A stretch of DNA of 64,000 nucleotides. Origin: a virus. Taxonomy: Duplodnaviria; Caudoviricetes. Below are positions 58,582 through 64,000 of this stretch, piece by piece. The stretch is taken from IMG/VR virus record IMGVR_UViG_3300021387_000452, one strand, 5' to 3'. The notes beneath the pieces were generated by a model that was not told where the DNA came from, did no database searches, and worked only from the letters and a program-made list of their open reading frames with translations. Within the stretch, counting starts at the first letter, position 1. Each line of letters opens with the position of its first letter. Position numbers and translations under genes: made by a program.

Positions 58582-60576
58582 TTACGTGTCTAAGTATCTA
58601 TATGGATCTTCTAATTCATCTAATGATACTCTTTTAATCCCAGTCTCAATTTCCAAGTCATCTACTGGAACTTCAGCATAGTTGTCTAAGTCTCCAGAGT
58701 TAAACTTTGACAGATTTAATACATCCGATGGGTCATAGATAGCTTCTTGCGTGATGTATGCATTATATAAAGCCCCAACGACGCCGTCCATGCGGTCTTT
58801 CATTCCACCGTGCTTTGTATCTGATGGGTGATCGACTTTTTGCTTTGATCTGTACCAAATAAGATCAAATAGCTCTTTCTTTATTGCTTCAGCAAATTCT
58901 TCTCCAAAATGAACGATGTTCTTATACATACAGTCTACAAAGAATAAGTATGCAGTATCTGTCTTATCAACTGACTGGTACTTTACATTAAATCCATTTT
59001 CTGATAAGAACTGTCTACTGGCTTCACTCTGAAATTGATCAAATGAAACCATCCCAATTCTTAGTCCTAGCACATCTCTCATATATTTAATGAATTCATG
59101 ACATCTTGAAATAGACACTCTCTTTGGAGCCGGTGGCGGAACTATTCTTAATGAAAAGTCATAATAGTATTCTGGTGTCTCTACACCATCAACTAGCTTA
59201 GTCCCATGTTTATAGCAGCAAGCAATACCGTACGCATCATTCGCTACACCAATATCGATGTGAATGTAGCGAGGACATTCTTTATGTGGAAATTCTTTAC
59301 CATTAAGATAGTATTGAATGCAGTTAGATGGCTCATCATTACATGTCTCTACAGTAAACTCATTCTTTGAAAAGAGCGGATAAATTTCGCTATCAATGCA
59401 AGATTCAAATGTTGATCTTGATGTAAATAACTTACCTGTAGAAGCGACAGATAATCCAGAGAAATCTTGTAATCCTTGAATAATATTACTACGATAGATG
59501 TTATAGAAATCAATAGGTACTTCATCTATTAAATTTCTATATTCTTGAGAAAGCTTAGACACAGCTTCTGGTATTGATAAGCTTGGATCAAGGCTGATGC
59601 CAAGTTTTGCGCATAAATCTGCAGTACTATCTATCATAAATGGGTCGAACTTCTCATTGCCAGCAAACACATAGAACATTTCATCAGAATATGTTCCCTT
59701 TGGTTTAATATCCCATAATCGTGCCCTTGCATACTTGATAGACGGGTCAGTCAGAGACTTCTCGTATAACTGCTGAGTGTATGAAGATTGAAACGTCGAT
59801 GATGAAATAACTACAGATAGTGAATGATTTACTCCGTTTTTTGTATAACGAGATGACTGTCTAGACATGATTGAATCATGCAGCTTAGCAACATCTCCAT
59901 AGTTAACATCAGAGCCAGAGCTATCGCCAAAGAAGTTAGCCTCATCAAGGATAGAAGCAATAACATTCATACCGATCATATCACCGGTAGAACTACCATA
60001 GAACATTCTAACATTCTCTGGGAAATCTAATGTTGAATTTCTATACTTATTTCTACAAAAATGCTCATTGAAGTACGGAATCCCGTCTATAATAGATCTA
60101 AGTTGCCCATACCCAGTACGTTCTGCTTGAAACTTTGTTAAAGAAAAATAAAGGAATGCTGTGAATGAGTTTGACATCATTCCAAATAGACCTGCAATAT
60201 TTTTATAACACGAAAGCTCATATAATTTTCTAAGCAAAATGTATAATCCGCAGGTCGACTTCCCAGTTCCTATCCCACCAGTCAAGACTACAGTAGTATA
60301 CTTCTGACCGCTGTTCTCATCGAATATATCGCAGATGAGATCTTTCCAAAATGGATATAGCTTAGCATTACCGTCATGCCCGATGAAGTAGTCTTCAGAG
60401 ACCCATTTTCTACATGGGACTATCTCTCTAATCTGTTCGCTATCTTTTATTGAAATCTTGTCAATTATATTTGCAATTTGATCTAATTTTTTATCACCAG
60501 TTAAAAGCTTGACTAATTTAGCTACTTTTATTTTGTCACTATCGCTACTCATATTACACCATAAATTATAAAACAA
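58582..60576 (-). CDS. terminase large subunit
   Basis: LYPFW, LTGGIGTGKS (Walker A), ILDEANF (Walker B), VISS, nuclease YIHIDIG..NDAYG, SFDQFQS, KVDHP...KDRMD; likely start MSSDSD (60552). Confidence 0.93.
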   Translation of the reverse strand: MFYNLWCNMSSDSDKIKVAKLVKLLTGDKKLDQIANIIDKISIKDSEQIREIVPCRKWVSEDYFIGHDGNAKLYPFWKDLICDIFDENSGQKYTTVVLTGGIGTGKSTCGLYILLRKLYELSCYKNIAGLFGMMSNSFTAFLYFSLTKFQAERTGYGQLRSIIDGIPYFNEHFCRNKYRNSTLDFPENVRMFYGSSTGDMIGMNVIASILDEANFFGDSSGSDVNYGDVAKLHDSIMSRQSSRYTKNGVNHSLSVVISSSTFQSSYTQQLYEKSLTDPSIKYARARLWDIKPKGTYSDEMFYVFAGNEKFDPFMIDSTADLCAKLGISLDPSLSIPEAVSKLSQEYRNLIDEVPIDFYNIYRSNIIQGLQDFSGLSVASTGKLFTSRSTFESCIDSEIYPLFSKNEFTVETCNDEPSNCIQYYLNGKEFPHKECPRYIHIDIGVANDAYGIACCYKHGTKLVDGVETPEYYYDFSLRIVPPPAPKRVSISRCHEFIKYMRDVLGLRIGMVSFDQFQSEASRQFLSENGFNVKYQSVDKTDTAYLFFVDCMYKNIVHFGEEFAEAIKKELFDLIWYRSKQKVDHPSDTKHGGMKDRMDGVVGALYNAYITQEAIYDPSDVLNLSKFNSGDLDNYAEVPVDDLEIETGIKRVSLDELEDPYRYLDT

Positions 60577-60601
60577 AAGCTAGATCAATTGATCTAGCTT
60601 T
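60576..60601 (-). terminator. 26-bp perfect palindrome / terminator
   Basis: AAAGCTAGATCAA|TTGATCTAGCTTT with T-tract on minus strand. Confidence 0.65.
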
Positions 60602-60605
60602 CTTG

Positions 60606-60806
60606 TTATCCGAGATCTGACAATTGAGGACCTATTTCTTTTAAGTAGTCAGTAAGTAACTTCACTGACTTTGTAAATTCAAAGTAAGTCATATTATCAC
60701 TTTCTATAAAGTGTATGTTTCCATGCTTACTCAGAAATATCTGGTTTTTCAATAGGGCCTGCCAAATTTCCTGCCTTGCTTGTAATGCCGAGGCTGATGT
60801 CTGCAT
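60606..60806 (-). CDS. small baseplate/tail assembly protein, T4 gp51-like (possibly a frameshift extension of the upstream gene)
   Basis: LLKNQIFLSKHGNIHFIESDNMTYFEF...LLTDYLKE resembles the small partner of gp26-like proteins; overlaps upstream gene by 80 nt. Confidence 0.6.
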   Translation of the reverse strand: MQTSASALQARQEIWQALLKNQIFLSKHGNIHFIESDNMTYFEFTKSVKLLTDYLKEIGPQLSDLG

Positions 60807-61590
60807 CGGGGCGAAAGAAGTCTCCCCAGATGTCTATTGATGAGCTATAAATTTTGTCACATGCTGCACACTTATCTTCATGAAGCAATTTAACACCAAA
60901 TGCGTCTGTTAGTTTAGTAAGAACACCATTAATGAATATAGCATCTTGCGGACTTAGTGTCTCAAACCATTCAGCTTTTTCAATAATATCTTTATTACCA
61001 ACATCAAGCAACGATACAATTGTATACGTAGTCAAAAATTCAGACGCCGGTTTTTTGAATATAGCTGACCTACGGTCTGCTTCTTGCTTAGCTTTTGCAA
61101 CATCAGCGCCAGTTGCTAATCTAACTTTGATATCCATGCCACTTTTTGGTAACTTAATACTTATTGGATAATTATCAGCATATAGATAATTTACTTCAAT
61201 ATCATTAAGATCTCTTTCTATATCCTCAGTATGACCACATTCTGGGCAAGTAGTCTGTGTTCTAAGAATATTTCCAAGTGTAATAGCTCTAATCTTGAAT
61301 AGAACTGCAAGAAAATCATGCTGATTCATGTTCTTTGCTTTAACTGGACAATCTACTAAACATGTATCAACAAACTGCTTAAGACCAGCTTCACTAGCAT
61401 TAGCTGTTAAAAGATCTTTATATGCTTTTGTTGTGAATGGTTTTACTTTTACAATGCCATTAAATTCTGGGAGCTGATAAATAATACCGCGCGATGGTAG
61501 TAACAGATCTTCTGTGAAAGCCATACTATTCTCCTCTTCGTATATGTGTAAAATAATTGCTAGAACTAATTGCTTAAAATTATATATCAT
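60727..61590 (-). CDS. baseplate hub assembly protein, T4 gp26-like
   Basis: LLLPSRG, VKPFTTK, DFLAVLFKIRAITLG, CPECG, IKLPKSG, CAAC...DFFRP; likely start MAFTED. Confidence 0.8.
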   Translation of the reverse strand: MIYNFKQLVLAIILHIYEEENSMAFTEDLLLPSRGIIYQLPEFNGIVKVKPFTTKAYKDLLTANASEAGLKQFVDTCLVDCPVKAKNMNQHDFLAVLFKIRAITLGNILRTQTTCPECGHTEDIERDLNDIEVNYLYADNYPISIKLPKSGMDIKVRLATGADVAKAKQEADRRSAIFKKPASEFLTTYTIVSLLDVGNKDIIEKAEWFETLSPQDAIFINGVLTKLTDAFGVKLLHEDKCAACDKIYSSSIDIWGDFFRPDADISLGITSKAGNLAGPIEKPDISE

Positions 61591-61598
61591 ATGTAAAC

Positions 61599-62501
61599 CT
61601 AATCAGGCTGACCTGCCTTAGGTCGTTTGTTTTCTACTTTCATATGAGGTAATCCACACACTTTGAAATGCTCAGGGTGCTGCTGATAATCAGCTTCAAG
61701 TGATTCAACAAATGACTCCAATGAATCTGTTGCGTACCTGAAAGTATTCTTTATTTTATATGGATATCGGACATGTATGCGGAAGTATTTGTTCTTTTGC
61801 TTATCGTAATAGACATCAATAACAGTGCTATCACCCCACTTTCTATATATTAGATAGTTATAGAAATTGATCTTACTCATTGGAGTGTTAACAGATTTCT
61901 TATTTACCCAATTCGGCTTTGCATGACCAATCCAATTATGAGTTTGTGTCTTAATTCCATTCTTTACGCATTCCATCTGCATGTCTATGTCTTCATAACC
62001 TTCAATAGAGTAGCGTATAGAATTCACTGTAAGATCGAGAAAGACAGCTGCCCATATAAATCTATTTGAAAACATCGGTGCATCTAGAGCGTGATTAAAC
62101 ATCACTCCACTCATTGTCATTCCGCCAAGCCCAGTCTCATCATCAAACTCTAAGCTTTTAAGACATACTTTTCCATCATGAACAACATTATCTTTGAATT
62201 CTTGCGATGGGCCACCAATTCTAAAGTTCATGATATCATCATCAAGCATCCAAAATCTTGAGATTCCATTTTGCTTACACCAGTCAATAATGTTATTCCT
62301 TCCCATGAATAGCTTTTCTCTACTTCCAATGTTTAGAACTTTGTGCTTATTTGGATCAAAACCAGATAAATTTTTTACTACATCATTTGCTGGAATATCT
62401 GGCCATGCTACAATATAAACGTCATCATCGATAAGTTCTAGCAGCTTTGATTTTCTTGTAATATCACCATGTAACATAAATACGGCTTCTGCAGTCTTCA
62501 T
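61599..62501 (-). CDS. GT-A glycosyltransferase, TET-associated (TAGT/GREB1-like) type
   Basis: GRNNIIDWC, FWMLDDDI (DxD), WAAVFLD, YEDIDMQMECVKNG. Confidence 0.7.
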   Translation of the reverse strand: MKTAEAVFMLHGDITRKSKLLELIDDDVYIVAWPDIPANDVVKNLSGFDPNKHKVLNIGSREKLFMGRNNIIDWCKQNGISRFWMLDDDIMNFRIGGPSQEFKDNVVHDGKVCLKSLEFDDETGLGGMTMSGVMFNHALDAPMFSNRFIWAAVFLDLTVNSIRYSIEGYEDIDMQMECVKNGIKTQTHNWIGHAKPNWVNKKSVNTPMSKINFYNYLIYRKWGDSTVIDVYYDKQKNKYFRIHVRYPYKIKNTFRYATDSLESFVESLEADYQQHPEHFKVCGLPHMKVENKRPKAGQPD

Positions 62502-63154
62502 ACTAACTCCTTAGTTAATTTATTTATAAAAGAATCAACATGCATTGCGATAAATCCTAAATTCATTGGGCCAACTACATCATGCTCAAAATTATCACCA
62601 ATAAATAAGCAATCACTAACATTAATACCAATTGCATTAAGCTTATTTGCTAGTAAAATATAGATAGCGTCGTTTGGCTTTTCTGCATCAGCTTCTTCAC
62701 TTGTAACTATAAGCTTAATGTAATTATCAAGACCGAGCTTTTTAATTTTGTTAAACTGTACTTCAGCTATCATATTAGTACATATACAACAATGATGACT
62801 ACTGAAAAAATCAGTAACCCAATCAAATGGCTTCATCATATTATAGAATGTATCATTATAGATTTCATACATTGAAATGGTGTCACTGATTACATTAGAG
62901 CTGTTAAGTAACTCAGCAGCTTTTTGAAAATATAAAAATCTACAATGACTGCTACTTCTTCTGCTATCCAAGTACGACTTGGCATATATTTTTCCGTAGT
63001 TAATAATGCCAAGCGCTCTTTTATGATCTAGATTAAACTTGCGTGATACCCAAGTAGCGACACGATCATATGAGGCGTTATCGCAGCTACTATAGTCATA
63101 TAATGTATCATCTAAGTCAAATATGAATGTCTTGTACTCGCTCAACTTTCTCAT
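62498..63154 (-). CDS. HAD-superfamily phosphatase
   Basis: FIFDLDDTL, CTN, EKP, FIGDNFEHDV. Confidence 0.92.
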   Translation of the reverse strand: MRKLSEYKTFIFDLDDTLYDYSSCDNASYDRVATWVSRKFNLDHKRALGIINYGKIYAKSYLDSRRSSSHCRFLYFQKAAELLNSSNVISDTISMYEIYNDTFYNMMKPFDWVTDFFSSHHCCICTNMIAEVQFNKIKKLGLDNYIKLIVTSEEADAEKPNDAIYILLANKLNAIGINVSDCLFIGDNFEHDVVGPMNLGFIAMHVDSFINKLTKELV

Positions 63155-63890
63155 TATAATAAGCCTTTATGAATCGCTCATCTTCAGCAATGCTAAAATT
63201 TATGTTCTTTAGAATGTGCATTACATTTTTAATATACATGAATTGCTTATCAATGAGTACTGATATTGATAGCTTTGGCGTATAACTAAAGTCGTTCACG
63301 ATAAGATCATCATCTGACACATTTATAATAAGATCAGCATAGTGAACTTGCGGTCTAATGTACCTCTTTGAATCTTTGATTCTACGCTCTAGTGACTTTG
63401 TGACAGCGTCTTTCGTGTAACCTCTTTCTTGTATGTCGCGCTTGTATTTCCAAAATAATCGTAAATCTTCATCAGTATTAAGATATATCTTAACATCTGA
63501 TAATTCTCTAATTCTTTGATCATATAACGCATGTAGACCAGTGAATATAATTCTATTCTTTGGCATTAGATCTTTAGGTGGATCAAACTTGCCAGTGCTA
63601 TGATTATACTCTTTAAATGAGATGATTTTATTATTTTTTAGACTAAGTAAATCAACGTAGCACTGATCTATATTATTTGCAGCTGGATTAAGCGGTGTGA
63701 AATCATTCCAGTGAGTGTCATTTCTTTCCCATTTATGATACGCATCTCCCTCAACCAAAAGAACATTATTATCCCATAAGTTAGAGAGAAATTTAAGAAG
63801 AGACGACTTCCCAGCACCACTATCACCAGCAATAGAAATAAGTATATTAGACATCAAAGAAGCTCGCATTGTACTGTAGCTTAAAATCAT
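63117..63890 (-). CDS. phosphoribulokinase/uridine kinase family protein
   Basis: IAGDSGAGKS, GDAYHKWER, YNHSTGKFDPP, GLHAL, RDIQERG, YIRPQ; likely start MSNIL (63854). Confidence 0.88.
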   Translation of the reverse strand: MILSYSTMRASLMSNILISIAGDSGAGKSSLLKFLSNLWDNNVLLVEGDAYHKWERNDTHWNDFTPLNPAANNIDQCYVDLLSLKNNKIISFKEYNHSTGKFDPPKDLMPKNRIIFTGLHALYDQRIRELSDVKIYLNTDEDLRLFWKYKRDIQERGYTKDAVTKSLERRIKDSKRYIRPQVHYADLIINVSDDDLIVNDFSYTPKLSISVLIDKQFMYIKNVMHILKNINFSIAEDERFIKAYYNEKVERVQDIHI

Positions 63891-64000
63891 CTAAAAAGCT
63901 TTCCCAGTACTTTACTGTTCTTTGGTAGTCTTCATAGTCTTTTGGAGTTCCCCAACAAAAGTACTTATCAACATTAAAAATCTTTGCTGATAGTCCTAGC
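63847..64000 (-). CDS. C-terminus of a sugar-phosphate nucleotidyltransferase-like protein (partial)
   Basis: Read manually: ...LGLSAKIFNVDKYFCWGTPKDYEDYQRTVKYWESF...FFDV*; WGTPxD is typical of NTP-transferase C-termini. Confidence 0.65.
   Translation of the reverse strand, partial: LGLSAKIFNVDKYFCWGTPKDYEDYQRTVKYWESFLDDFKLQYNASFFDV

Noticed and set aside
891-62418. Plus-strand ORFs and nested minus-strand ORFs in the track (e.g. 2001-2387, 24560-24808, 55865-56338)
   Set aside because: They lie antisense to, or out of frame within, longer well-supported genes and lack recognisable motifs; treated as shadow ORFs.
1-64000. Alternative genetic code (stop-codon reassignment)
   Set aside because: Conserved genes are full length under the standard code, and TAA, TAG and TGA all serve as stops.

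Overview
The window is a 64-kb AT-rich segment of a large myovirus-like (probably jumbo) bacteriophage, with essentially all genes on the minus strand. The left half (1-32.7 kb) is virion morphogenesis: T4-like major capsid, prohead protease and portal, long repeat-rich tail fibres with a chaperone, a family of related Tyr/Trp-rich structural proteins, and a large ankyrin + PKD/Ig protein. The middle (32.8-53 kb) is replication and recombination: RecA/UvsX, DnaB-like helicase, TOPRIM primase, DnaX-like clamp loader, beta-like clamp, SbcD plus an SbcC split into two distant genes, HU, deoxynucleoside kinase, deaminase, an HNH-NUMOD3 homing endonuclease and a sigma-region-2/Mor-type regulator. 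The right end holds three ankyrin-type proteins, terminase large subunit, a gp26/gp51-like baseplate pair and the end of a sugar-nucleotide/glycosyltransferase cluster suggestive of DNA hypermodification. The most notable observations are: (1) a 69-nt tRNA-shaped RNA with a collapsed anticodon arm and its own promoter-like motif; (2) a ~1.4-kb hairpin-dense non-coding region with a duplicated GATTAG-iteron block; (3) an 'LExRIxRLExL...xxE' peptide shared by six proteins from five unrelated families, including two winged-helix-ankyrin paralogs, suggesting capsid targeting; (4) SbcC split at the zinc hook; (5) a catalytically dead ABC-ATPase fold protein; (6) a possible +1 frameshift; (7) two phage promoter motif classes interlocked with terminators. 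All protein calls come from motif recognition by eye; no database searches were run.
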